Positions 1-8,352 of a stretch of 64,000 bases of DNA are shown here, piece after piece. Both the position numbers and the translations under genes were made by a program. The stretch's first letter is position 1. Every line of letters begins with the position of its first letter. The notes beneath the pieces were generated by a model, which was not told the DNA's origin, did no database searches, and saw only the letters and a list, made by a program, of their open reading frames with translations. This stretch comes from Burkholderiales bacterium (GTDB lineage Bacteria; Pseudomonadota; Gammaproteobacteria; Burkholderiales; SG8-41). The stretch covers positions 12,306 to 76,305 of the forward strand of contig JALHRQ010000015.1 of the NCBI GenBank assembly GCA_022841375.1. The letters run 5' to 3'.

Positions 1-1
1 C

Positions 2-1024
2 GATGATTTTGACGAGATTATCGACGTCCGCTCCGAGGGAGAATTCGCCGAAGACCACATTCCCGGCGCGATCAATCTGCCGGTGCTGAACAATGCCGAA
101 CGTGAACGCGTCGGCACCATCTACAAACAGGTTTCTTCGTTCGACGCCAAAAAAATCGGCGCCGCACTGGTCAGCGCCAATATTGCATCCCACATCGGCG
201 GCATCCTGCAGGAACGTCCGCGCAACTGGCGGCCGCTGGTGTATTGCTGGCGCGGCGGCGGCCGCAGCGGTGCGCTGGCGCATGTATTGGCGCAGATCGG
301 CTGGAAGGTTGGCCAGCTCGACGGCGGTTACAAGGCCTATCGCCGCGCCATCCTCGAAGAACTGCCGACGCTGCCCGCGCGTTTCGACTGGCGCGTGGTC
401 TGCGGCATGACCGGCACCGGCAAGAGCCGGCTGCTGCATGCATTGCAGGAACAGGGCGCGCAGGTGCTGGATCTGGAAGAACTCGCGGCGCACCGCGGCT
501 CGGTGCTCGGCAATCTGCCTGACGAGGCGCAGCCGGCGCAGAAAATGTTTGAAAGCCGGGTGTGGCATGCACTGAAACACCTGTCACCAGAGCGGCCGGT
601 GTATGTGGAATCGGAAAGCCGCAAGATCGGCAAGCTGCGCGTGCCGCCGGAGCTGATCGATGCGATGTGGCAAAGTGCCTGCGTGGTCATCGAAGCGCCG
701 ATTCCCGTGCGCGTGGCACTGCTGATGGATGAATACGTGCATTTTCTCAGCGATGCCCAACTGCTCAATGCGCAACTCGACTGCCTGCGTGCACTGCACG
801 GCGGCGTGGTCATCGACAACTGGCAGGACATGGCGCGCGACAGCCAGTGGAGCCGGCTGACGGAAGAATTGCTGGTCAAGCACTACGATCCGGCTTACAC
901 GCGGGCCATCGTCAATCATTATCCGCGCCTGCCGCAGGCCTCGCACTTTCAGCTCAATGCGCACACGGTCGACGCTATCCAACAGCTGGCTGCAGAAATT
1001 CTCGCAGCATCGCCGGCAGCATGA
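2..1024 (+). CDS. selU: tRNA 2-selenouridine synthase, 5'-truncated by the window edge
   Basis: The frame is open from nt 2 (DVRSEGEFAEDHIPGAINLPVL...). It has a rhodanese active-site loop CWRGGGRSGALAHVL followed by a P-loop GMTGTGKS, which is the SelU/MnmH architecture. Confidence 0.85.
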   Translation, partial: DDFDEIIDVRSEGEFAEDHIPGAINLPVLNNAERERVGTIYKQVSSFDAKKIGAALVSANIASHIGGILQERPRNWRPLVYCWRGGGRSGALAHVLAQIGWKVGQLDGGYKAYRRAILEELPTLPARFDWRVVCGMTGTGKSRLLHALQEQGAQVLDLEELAAHRGSVLGNLPDEAQPAQKMFESRVWHALKHLSPERPVYVESESRKIGKLRVPPELIDAMWQSACVVIEAPIPVRVALLMDEYVHFLSDAQLLNAQLDCLRALHGGVVIDNWQDMARDSQWSRLTEELLVKHYDPAYTRAIVNHYPRLPQASHFQLNAHTVDAIQQLAAEILAASPAA

Positions 1025-1260
1025 ACAGCCGCATCAAAACCACTCTATGTCTTCGACGCACCAAGCAGCCATCCCCTGCGAACATCGGGGCTACGGTGCG
1101 GCAAAGACATTGCGGGCGTACTGCGAAGACATGACAGTTCCAGGACAATATTCAGGTGTTGCATGCCGTTGAAAATTGCGCCAAGATATAAACAAGAGTT
1201 ACCGATAAACCGCGCAATCGCCGATTAATCGTTTCAGAACCGTAATCGATCAACACCCGA

Positions 1261-1719
1261 GTGCTGGACAAACCCGCACCAGACATTGAACTTCCCGCCA
1301 CCGGCGGCAAGAGCATTGAGCTGAGCACCCTGCTCGGCAAAACTGTCGTCCTCTACTTCTATCCGAAGGACAACACCCCCGGATGCACCACTGAGGGGCA
1401 GCATTTCCGCGACCTGCACAGTCAATTTACCAAGGCCGGCGGCGTGGTCTTTGGCATCTCCCGCGACAGCATCAAGTCGCACGAGAACTTCAAAGCCAAG
1501 ATGAGTTTCCCCTTCGATCTGCTCAGTGATGTCGATGAATACGCCTGCAAGGCCTTCGACGTCATCAAGATGAAGAACATGTATGGCAAGAAAGTGCGCG
1601 GTATTGAGCGCAGCACTTTCGTGATTGACGCCAAAGGCTTGATTCGCCGCGAGTGGCGCGGTGTAAAGGTTCCGGGGCATGTGCAAGAGGTGCTGGAATT
1701 CGTAAAAACCCTCGCATAG
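1261..1719 (+). CDS. bcp: thiol peroxidase / peroxiredoxin, Bcp type
   Basis: 152 aa with a GTG start. VVLYFYPKDNTPGCTTE is the peroxidatic-Cys motif of the AhpC/TSA Bcp family, and the length is typical. Confidence 0.9.
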   Translation: MLDKPAPDIELPATGGKSIELSTLLGKTVVLYFYPKDNTPGCTTEGQHFRDLHSQFTKAGGVVFGISRDSIKSHENFKAKMSFPFDLLSDVDEYACKAFDVIKMKNMYGKKVRGIERSTFVIDAKGLIRREWRGVKVPGHVQEVLEFVKTLA

Positions 1720-1769
1720 CTCCCCGGAAACGCAGGTTTCCAATCAACGCCTGACTTCCCGGGAGGCTC

Positions 1770-3203
1770 ATGATTCAACGCAAGTCCGCTACCAGCCCCA
1801 CACTCGTTTCCCGCCTGCCCGCCAGCGCCAAACTTTTTGTGCTGGACACCAACGTGCTGATGCACGATCCCACTTCGCTGTTCCGCTTTGAAGAACATGA
1901 CCTGTTCATTCCGATGGCCACGCTTGAGGAACTGGACGGGAACAAGAAAGGCATGTCAGAGGTCTCGCGCAATGCGCGACAGGCCAGCCGTTACCTCGAC
2001 GAAATCATCGCCGCGCTGCAGAGCGACATCACCGAGGGCATACCGCTGGCCAGCCATGGCGACAAGTCGGCCAAAGGCAAGCTGTTCCTGCAGACCGAAG
2101 CCATCCACGGCAACCTGCCTTCCAGTCTGCCCAGCGGCAAAGCCGACAACCAGATCATCGGCGTCGTCAAACACCTGCAGGAAACGCAGCCAAAGCGCCA
2201 GGTCATCCTGGTGTCGAAAGACATCAACATGCGCATCAAGGCGCGTGCGCTGGGCCTTGCGGCCGAGGATTATTTCAACGACAAGGTTCTTGAAGATACC
2301 GACCTGCTCTACACCGGCATTTGCGCACTGCCGGAGAACTTCTGGGACACCCACGGCAAGAACATGGAGTCCTGGCAGCAGGCCGGCCATACCTATTACC
2401 GGGTCACCGGACCGGTGTGCAGCAACCTGCTCGTCAACCAGTTCCTGTTCCTTGAGGGCGATCAGCCTTTCCACGCGCAGGTCAAGGAAGTCAGCGGCAA
2501 GACGGCGATCCTGCAGACGCTGAAGGACTACAGTCACCAGCGCAACAGCGTCTGGGGCATCACCGCGCGCAACCGCGAACAGAACTTCGCACTGAACGCC
2601 TTGATGAATCCCGACATCGACTTCATCACCCTGCTCGGCCAGGCCGGCAGTGGCAAGACGCTGATGACGCTGGCCGCGGCACTGGCGCAGACGCTGGAAG
2701 AAAAGAATTTCTCGGAAATCATCGTCACCCGCGTCACCGTGCCGGTGGGTGAAGACATCGGCTTCCTGCCCGGCACCGAGGAAGAAAAAATGAACCCGTG
2801 GATGGGCGCGCTTGAGGACAACCTTGATGTGCTGAACCACACCGATGACGAAGCCGGTGAATGGGGCCGCGCCGCGACGCGCGACCTGATCCGTTCGCGC
2901 ATCAAGGTCAAGTCGCTGAACTTCATGCGCGGCCGCACCTTCCTCAACAAATTCGTAATCATCGATGAAGCGCAGAATCTGACGCCCAAGCAAATGAAAA
3001 CGCTGATCACGCGCGCAGGGCCGGGAACCAAAGTGGTGTGTCTCGGCAACATTTCGCAGATCGACACACCGTACCTAACCGAAGGCAGTTCAGGGCTGAC
3101 TTACGTGGTTGACCGGATGAAGGGCTGGCCGCATGGCGGCCATGTCACGCTGATGCGCGGCGAACGTTCGCGGCTGGCGGATTTTGCAGCGGAGTCGCTG
3201 TAA
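1770..3203 (+). CDS. PIN-domain / PhoH-family ATPase fusion (PhoH2-like)
   Basis: N-terminal PIN signature (LFVLDTNVLMHDP...ATLEELD). C-terminal PhoH P-loop GQAGSGKT with Walker B IIDEAQN. Confidence 0.85.
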   Translation: MIQRKSATSPTLVSRLPASAKLFVLDTNVLMHDPTSLFRFEEHDLFIPMATLEELDGNKKGMSEVSRNARQASRYLDEIIAALQSDITEGIPLASHGDKSAKGKLFLQTEAIHGNLPSSLPSGKADNQIIGVVKHLQETQPKRQVILVSKDINMRIKARALGLAAEDYFNDKVLEDTDLLYTGICALPENFWDTHGKNMESWQQAGHTYYRVTGPVCSNLLVNQFLFLEGDQPFHAQVKEVSGKTAILQTLKDYSHQRNSVWGITARNREQNFALNALMNPDIDFITLLGQAGSGKTLMTLAAALAQTLEEKNFSEIIVTRVTVPVGEDIGFLPGTEEEKMNPWMGALEDNLDVLNHTDDEAGEWGRAATRDLIRSRIKVKSLNFMRGRTFLNKFVIIDEAQNLTPKQMKTLITRAGPGTKVVCLGNISQIDTPYLTEGSSGLTYVVDRMKGWPHGGHVTLMRGERSRLADFAAESL

Positions 3204-3227
3204 CGCCGACAAAAAGACTTCCCGCAG

Positions 3228-3268
3228 CCCCTCTCCCCGCCCCTCTCCCCGCAAGCGGGGAGAGGGGG
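3228..3268. repeat. REP-like hairpin (CCCCTCTCCCC family), probably a bidirectional terminator between convergent genes
   Basis: cccctctccccg, then cccctctccccgc-aa-gcggggagagggg (13-bp perfect stem). It lies between the phoH2 stop and the dnaB stop. A second copy in inverted arrangement is at 63567-63610. Confidence 0.7.
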
Positions 3269-3292
3269 TATCAGTAAGATGCGCGTGTCGCT

Positions 3293-4702
3293 TTAGTACT
3301 CGGCGCTGCCGATGCCGCCGCCGGCATAACTCTCGAATCGTGTGTATTTGCCGAGGAAGGTCAGATCAATCTTGCCGACGGGGCCGTTACGTTGTTTGGC
3401 GATGATGATCTCGGCGATGCCCTTGCGCGGTGAATCGGCGTTGTAGACTTCATCGCGGTAGATGAACAGGATCACGTCCGCGTCCTGCTCGATGGCGCCG
3501 GATTCACGTAGATCGGACATCATCGGCCTTTTATCCTGGCGGGAGTCGACGCTGCGGTTCAGCTGGGACAGCGCGACCACCGGCAGTTTCAATTCCTTGG
3601 CGATACCTTTCAGTGACCGCGAAATCTCGGCGATCTCGGTGGCCCGGTTCTCTTCCCGGCCACCGGATGCGGTGCCCGACATCAGCTGCAGGTAGTCAAC
3701 GACGATCAGCGCGAGGCCGCCGCACTGCCGGTGCAGGCGCCGCGCGCGTGAACGCACTTCCAGCACGTTGAGGCCCGCAGTGTCATCGATATAGAGCTGC
3801 GCATCATTGAGCTTGCCCACGGCATCGACCAGCCGCGGCCAGTCTTCTTCCTTGAAGGTGCCGGTGCGCAACTGGTGCTGATCGACGCGCCCTACCGAAC
3901 CGATCATCCGCATCGCCAACTGGGGACCCGACATCTCCATGCTGAATACGGCGACGGCCTTTTTGCTTTCCAGCGCAGCGCTCTCGGCGATGTTCATCGC
4001 CAGCGCCGTCTTGCCCATCGACGGACGCCCGGCGATCACTACCATCTCGCCGGGCTGCAGTCCCGACGTCATGCGATCGAGGTCTACAAAACCGGTCGGC
4101 AGGCCGATCACGTCGTTTTTGTTCTCGCGGCTGTAGAGCATGTCGATGCGCTCTACGGTCTCGGTCAGGATGGGATCAATGCGGATAAAACCTTGCTTGT
4201 TTTTTGAACCGGCCTCGGCAATCTGGAACACCTTGGCTTCGGCTTCGTCGATCAATATGTGCGCATCCTTGCCGCTGGGGCTGTATGCCGAATCGGCAAT
4301 CGCAGTGCCGACGGCAGCCAGATTGCGCATGATCGAACGGTCGCGCACGATCTCGGCATAACGCCGGATGTTGGCCGCGCTGGGTGTGTTCAACGCCAGC
4401 GAACCGATATAGGCCTGACCTCCCACGTCGGCCAGCTTGCCGCTGCGCTCAAGGCTCTCCGCTACGGTCAGCGCATCGGCCGGCTGGTTGTGCTCGATCA
4501 GCTTGGCGATGTGCTGGAAAATCGTGCGATGGTCGCCGCGATAAAAATCCACTTCCGAGACCACATCGCCGATACGATCCCAGGCCACGTTGTCGAGCAA
4601 CAGACCACCGAGCACCGATTGCTCCGCCTCGATCGAATGCGGCGGTGTGCGCGCGGCTTCGAGCTGCGCATCCTTGGTGAACGGGGTGACAACCTGGACC
4701 AT
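3293..4702 (-). CDS. dnaB: replicative DNA helicase
   Basis: 469 aa. N-terminal PPHSIEAEQSVLGGLLL, Walker A GRPSMGKT, and C-terminal RecA-like motifs (VVDYLQLM, SQLNR). Confidence 0.95.
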   Translation of the reverse strand: MVQVVTPFTKDAQLEAARTPPHSIEAEQSVLGGLLLDNVAWDRIGDVVSEVDFYRGDHRTIFQHIAKLIEHNQPADALTVAESLERSGKLADVGGQAYIGSLALNTPSAANIRRYAEIVRDRSIMRNLAAVGTAIADSAYSPSGKDAHILIDEAEAKVFQIAEAGSKNKQGFIRIDPILTETVERIDMLYSRENKNDVIGLPTGFVDLDRMTSGLQPGEMVVIAGRPSMGKTALAMNIAESAALESKKAVAVFSMEMSGPQLAMRMIGSVGRVDQHQLRTGTFKEEDWPRLVDAVGKLNDAQLYIDDTAGLNVLEVRSRARRLHRQCGGLALIVVDYLQLMSGTASGGREENRATEIAEISRSLKGIAKELKLPVVALSQLNRSVDSRQDKRPMMSDLRESGAIEQDADVILFIYRDEVYNADSPRKGIAEIIIAKQRNGPVGKIDLTFLGKYTRFESYAGGGIGSAEY

Positions 4703-4788
4703 GGCGTATATCTCTATGTTATTGTTTTTAAACGATATTTATTGAAAGCGGCGAAAGGGGGAATTCGCCAACAGGCTTTCAATCTACC

Positions 4789-4818
4789 AAAAAAAAGGGC
4801 TGTCGCCAGCCCTTTTTT
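4789..4818 (-). terminator. intrinsic terminator after rplI
   Basis: A8-GGGCTG-tcgc-CAGCCC-T6. On the minus strand the stem is followed by a U-run, about 35 nt downstream of the rplI stop. Confidence 0.75.
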
Positions 4819-4850
4819 GGTCGTGCAGAAAAACGCTTTTGATTCAGTGC

Positions 4851-5303
4851 TTACGCAGCCTCGCCAAGCACCGAGACGGTGATTGAAACCACCACATCGG
4901 CGTGCAGCGCCACTTTGATCGGGTAGTCACCGATCGTTTTAAGCGGGCCTTCCGGCATGCGGATGGACGCTTTCGACACTTCGAAGCCCTGCTTTTTCAG
5001 CGCTTCGGAGATGTCGCTGTTGGTGACTGAACCGAACAGCTTGCCGTCGACGCCGGCCTTTTGGGTGATCTGAACCATCAGGCCTTCGAGCTTGGCGCCT
5101 TTTTCCTGTGTCTGGGTCAGCATTTCAGCGTGTGCCTTTTCCAGCTCGACGCGGCGCTTTTCGAAGTCAGCCAGGTTCGCCGTGGTGGCGCGTTTGGCTT
5201 TGCCCTGCGGGATCAGGAAATTGCGGGCATAACCGTCCTTGACGCGAACCACGTCGCCGAGCGTGCCCAGGTTGATGACTTTCTCAAGAAGAATGATTTG
5301 CAT
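4851..5303 (-). CDS. rplI: 50S ribosomal protein L9
   Basis: [37 protein letters not shown] chose the internal ATG at 5303; the longer ORF to 5369 overlaps rpsR. Confidence 0.93.
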   Translation of the reverse strand: MQIILLEKVINLGTLGDVVRVKDGYARNFLIPQGKAKRATTANLADFEKRRVELEKAHAEMLTQTQEKGAKLEGLMVQITQKAGVDGKLFGSVTNSDISEALKKQGFEVSKASIRMPEGPLKTIGDYPIKVALHADVVVSITVSVLGEAA

Positions 5304-5313
5304 GTCAGGCCTC

Positions 5314-5613
5314 TCAGTGCAGGTCGGTGTAAGGCAGCAGCGCGAGGAAGCGCGCGCGCTTGACCGCAATCCCCAACTGGCGCTGGAAGCGCGCCTTGGT
5401 GCCCGTGATGCGGGCGGGGATGATCCTGCCGTTTTCGTTGATGAAATCCTTCAGCAGGCTGATGTCTTTGTAATCAACCTGTTTGATGCCTTCAGCCGTG
5501 AAGCGGCAGAACTTGCGACGACGAAACAGGGCATTGCCCTTTTTGCGTCCGTCCTTGCCTTTGCCTTTGCCGAATTTACCCTTACCGCCGCTGTTTCCGC
5601 CCATTCGTGCCAT
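5314..5613 (-). CDS. rpsR: 30S ribosomal protein S18
   Basis: [21 protein letters not shown]...[13 protein letters not shown]. Sits in the rpsF-priB-rpsR-rplI operon context. Confidence 0.93.
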   Translation of the reverse strand: MARMGGNSGGKGKFGKGKGKDGRKKGNALFRRRKFCRFTAEGIKQVDYKDISLLKDFINENGRIIPARITGTKARFQRQLGIAVKRARFLALLPYTDLH

Positions 5614-5627
5614 GTGCGTTTCCTTTT

Positions 5628-5924
5628 CTAAATCAGTTCCATGTTCGTAACGTGCAGGACAATCTGCCTGCTCATGCGATGCTTGCGGTTGAGAAAACCC
5701 TGCACATCCATCCCGCTGCCCTGCCGTATTCCGGCAATCCGTGCTGCCAGTTCGCCGGTGGCTTTCGCCGCCATCTCGAACTCCACCTGCCTTTGCTGTC
5801 CTGCCTCGGTTTGTTCCGAGGCATGGGCCAGCGTAAATTCCACTACAGGCAGGCCGGCGGGTGTGTGACGCAAGGGTTCAACCGTGGCCAGGACTCCAAT
5901 CAGCCTGACCGTATTCCGGCTCAC
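5628..5924 (-). CDS. priB: primosomal replication protein N
   Basis: A 98-aa OB-fold-sized protein located between rpsF and rpsR, the canonical priB position. Confidence 0.85.
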   Translation of the reverse strand: MSRNTVRLIGVLATVEPLRHTPAGLPVVEFTLAHASEQTEAGQQRQVEFEMAAKATGELAARIAGIRQGSGMDVQGFLNRKHRMSRQIVLHVTNMELI

Positions 5925-6317
5925 TTACGCTGCGCTCTCCGCTTCAACTGCGGCCACAGGAGCTGCCGGCCTGGCATCATCGGTAGTCGGGCGCGCGCGC
6001 TCTTCCCGCATCATCGGCGACGGGGTCGTGACGGCCTCGTCCATGCTGACGGTCAGATGGCGCAGCACTGCGTCGTTGAACTTGAAAGCGTGTTCGAGCT
6101 CGAGCAGCGTCTCGTTGTCGCACTCGATGTTCATCATCACGTAGTGTGCTTTGTGCAGCTTCTGGATCGGGTAGGTCAACTGGCGGCGGCCCCAGTCTTC
6201 GAAACGATGGATCGCGCCTTTGCGGCCGGTGATCAGCTGACGATAACGGTCAACCATCGCCGGCACCTGCTCGCTTTGGTCCGGATGGACAATCAAAACG
6301 ATCTCGTAATGTCGCAT
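5925..6317 (-). CDS. rpsF: 30S ribosomal protein S6
   Basis: [25 protein letters not shown]...; first gene of the S6 operon. Confidence 0.93.
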   Translation of the reverse strand: MRHYEIVLIVHPDQSEQVPAMVDRYRQLITGRKGAIHRFEDWGRRQLTYPIQKLHKAHYVMMNIECDNETLLELEHAFKFNDAVLRHLTVSMDEAVTTPSPMMREERARPTTDDARPAAPVAAVEAESAA

Positions 6318-6343
6318 TTAATATCTCCTTGTGGGCTGTTGGG

Positions 6344-6369
6344 CCACCCGCGATGCGAGCGCGGTGTGG
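6344..6369 (-). promoter_or_regulatory. hairpin in the rpsF 5' leader (possible S6:S18 autoregulatory element)
   Basis: On the minus strand, CCACACCGCG-cucgcau-CGCGGGUGG lies about 27 nt upstream of the rpsF ATG. The function is inferred only from position. Confidence 0.3.
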
Positions 6370-6499
6370 CAAGGAAGGGATTTCATTTCAGTGTTCCCGC
6401 GCGACAGGCGCCGCACGGGAGGCCGGGATTATACCGGAACGCCCCTCAAAATCAAGGGCTTGTAGGCGCCTGAGGGAGAGTCAGCAACGCTTGAAAGCG

Positions 6500-8128
6500 T
6501 TAATAAACAAGCACCAGGCTGCCATTCAGCCGCATGTCGTCGGTTTGGCGGGTGCCGTGGGCCTTGAGGATCTGCGCCAGGTCGAAACGCAGGCTGACGG
6601 TTTTGCCGTAAGTCAGGCGCATACCGATGCCGGTGCTGGCCAGGTATTTGCCTGCCTGCTCGCTAGGCGTCGGATCATTGCGGTAAACGTTGCCAAAATC
6701 GTAAAAGCCGACCAGCCGGGTGCGCCATTTGTCGCTCATGCCCAGATTGTCGGAAAGATTCGGCGTATACATCTCGAGTTGCGCGGCATAACCGTAGTCG
6801 CTCGAGGCTTCGCGCGGCAGATAACCGCGCACGGTATCCATGCCGCCGATACCAAACTGCTCACCAGGGATCAGCAGATCACGTGTGAATTGGCCCACGT
6901 ATGCGATACGCCCCTGCCATTCGTTGCGGAAGGCGTGCGAAAACGTCGCGCCGTAACGCAGGATGTTGTAATCCGCTTTTGCGCCCTGACGAACACACAA
7001 TCCATCTGTATGCCGCGGACACTGAAAATCCTCTTTGCTGCCATCATTGCCCCCGGGAATATTATGCGACAGTGCGGCATTAAAACTCAGCTCACTCGCC
7101 GTCATCCGCAGTAGGCCGGCATAACCCAGCGATACCGGATGCACGGTGATGTCCGGTACAAAACCGATACCCAAAAGGGTCACGTTGTTCTGATAGGCGC
7201 GGTAATCGAGACCGAAACTCAGTTTTTGTTCAATGTCCTTCCACTTCTGCGGGAAGTAGTTCCATTTGGCACCGAAGATCGAACCCTTGCCGCTGACATT
7301 GAACAGGCCCGACACCGTACCCGAATCAACATCGGAATAACCGCCGAACATTTCCAGCGTGCTGTTAAGCCGATAGTACGGAATCTTGTAACCCAGCCCG
7401 TAAATCGCGACCTGGTCCAGATTGGTCGGCGACGTCACATACTGTGCGGTGAACGAATGGTCACGGTCAAACAGGTTGGTGTGCTGAAAGCCCACACCCA
7501 GGCGCAGGTAACCCGTATCGGAAGTGCCGGTATCGTCCAGCGTTGCTATCAATCGCCACGGCCGGTCATCGGTGACCCGCACGTTAACGTCCACCAAACC
7601 TTCGTTTTCACCAGAGCGCAGCAATACGTTCGACTGCTTGACCGGATGCTCTGCGGCAATCTGCAGATTGCGCGCGATGTTATTGGAGTTGGGCGTCTCG
7701 CCCTCTTTCACCGCCGGCAGCGAACGACGGACGTTCTGGGTGCTGAAATACTGGTTGCCTTCGACATTCACCTTGCCGATTTTCGGCTGGTTGATGTTGA
7801 AGCGGACGATGCCGCGGGTGATGTCCTGCTCGGGCAATTGAACCTGAATTACACCATAGCCGCGATCGCGATAGGCCACTTCCAGCGTTTCCAGCGCGCG
7901 CTGAACGTCGCTGAAGTCCTTGTCTTTGCCGGTGAACGGCTTGACCAGGCGCTGGACCGTTTCAGTGCCGAGGATGTTGTCGCCAATGACTTCAAAGCGA
8001 TCGATGTTGAATTTGGGAGCCGGAATCACCACTTCCTGAGCGGTTTCCTGCGCAGCAACCCACGCCGGAGAGACCAAGAGAATTGAGGCTAACGCCGCAT
8101 GCGCTATCGAAGATTTGTTATAAGTCAT
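6500..8128 (-). CDS. two-partner-secretion outer-membrane transporter (TpsB; ShlB/FhaC/HecB family)
   Basis: 542 aa. Signal peptide (...SPAWVAAQE), a POTRA-like N-terminal part (FNIDRFEVIGDNIL...), and a beta-barrel-like C-terminal part ending in an aromatic residue. It is immediately downstream of a TpsA gene. Confidence 0.88.
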   Translation of the reverse strand: MTYNKSSIAHAALASILLVSPAWVAAQETAQEVVIPAPKFNIDRFEVIGDNILGTETVQRLVKPFTGKDKDFSDVQRALETLEVAYRDRGYGVIQVQLPEQDITRGIVRFNINQPKIGKVNVEGNQYFSTQNVRRSLPAVKEGETPNSNNIARNLQIAAEHPVKQSNVLLRSGENEGLVDVNVRVTDDRPWRLIATLDDTGTSDTGYLRLGVGFQHTNLFDRDHSFTAQYVTSPTNLDQVAIYGLGYKIPYYRLNSTLEMFGGYSDVDSGTVSGLFNVSGKGSIFGAKWNYFPQKWKDIEQKLSFGLDYRAYQNNVTLLGIGFVPDITVHPVSLGYAGLLRMTASELSFNAALSHNIPGGNDGSKEDFQCPRHTDGLCVRQGAKADYNILRYGATFSHAFRNEWQGRIAYVGQFTRDLLIPGEQFGIGGMDTVRGYLPREASSDYGYAAQLEMYTPNLSDNLGMSDKWRTRLVGFYDFGNVYRNDPTPSEQAGKYLASTGIGMRLTYGKTVSLRFDLAQILKAHGTRQTDDMRLNGSLVLVY

Positions 8129-8277
8129 TGTTTTTAAACAAATTAGTTATATAAAGCCCATGCTGCAGGCAATCCCCGTCAATTTCAACTTGCGTCCCAA
8201 TTACGCAATCAAGTATTGATAATTATGGCAGATTTACCGCGGAAATAGCGCACTACACCACGCATGCGCCGTCCACC

Positions 8278-8311
8278 AAAAAAAAAACCGGCTGCAAGAG
8301 CGCCGGTTTTT
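8278..8311 (-). terminator. intrinsic terminator between tpsA and tpsB
   Basis: aaaaaccggc-tgcaagagc-gccggttttt. On the minus strand the stem is followed by a run of about 10 T, 42 nt downstream of the tpsA stop. Confidence 0.65.
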
Positions 8312-8352
8312 GCTCCGGCCGCATCGATTGCAAACCGGAGTGTCCCTGCTTT

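Noticed and set aside
1956-2993. Long antisense or out-of-frame ORFs throughout the window: 1956-2993(-), 15651-16664(+), 17383-18216(+), 27034-28089(+), 33104-34627(+), 48132-49193(+), 55410-56282(-), 62731-63483(+).
   Set aside because: Each lies entirely inside a gene with strong family motifs on the other strand or frame. Their products are Arg/Pro/Gly/His-rich low-complexity sequences typical of shadow ORFs in GC-rich DNA.
5314-5613. Gly/Lys-rich N-terminal extension of S18 ([26 protein letters not shown]).
   Set aside because: N-terminal length variation in S18 is common, and the rest of the protein is canonical. It is not unusual enough to flag without comparative data.
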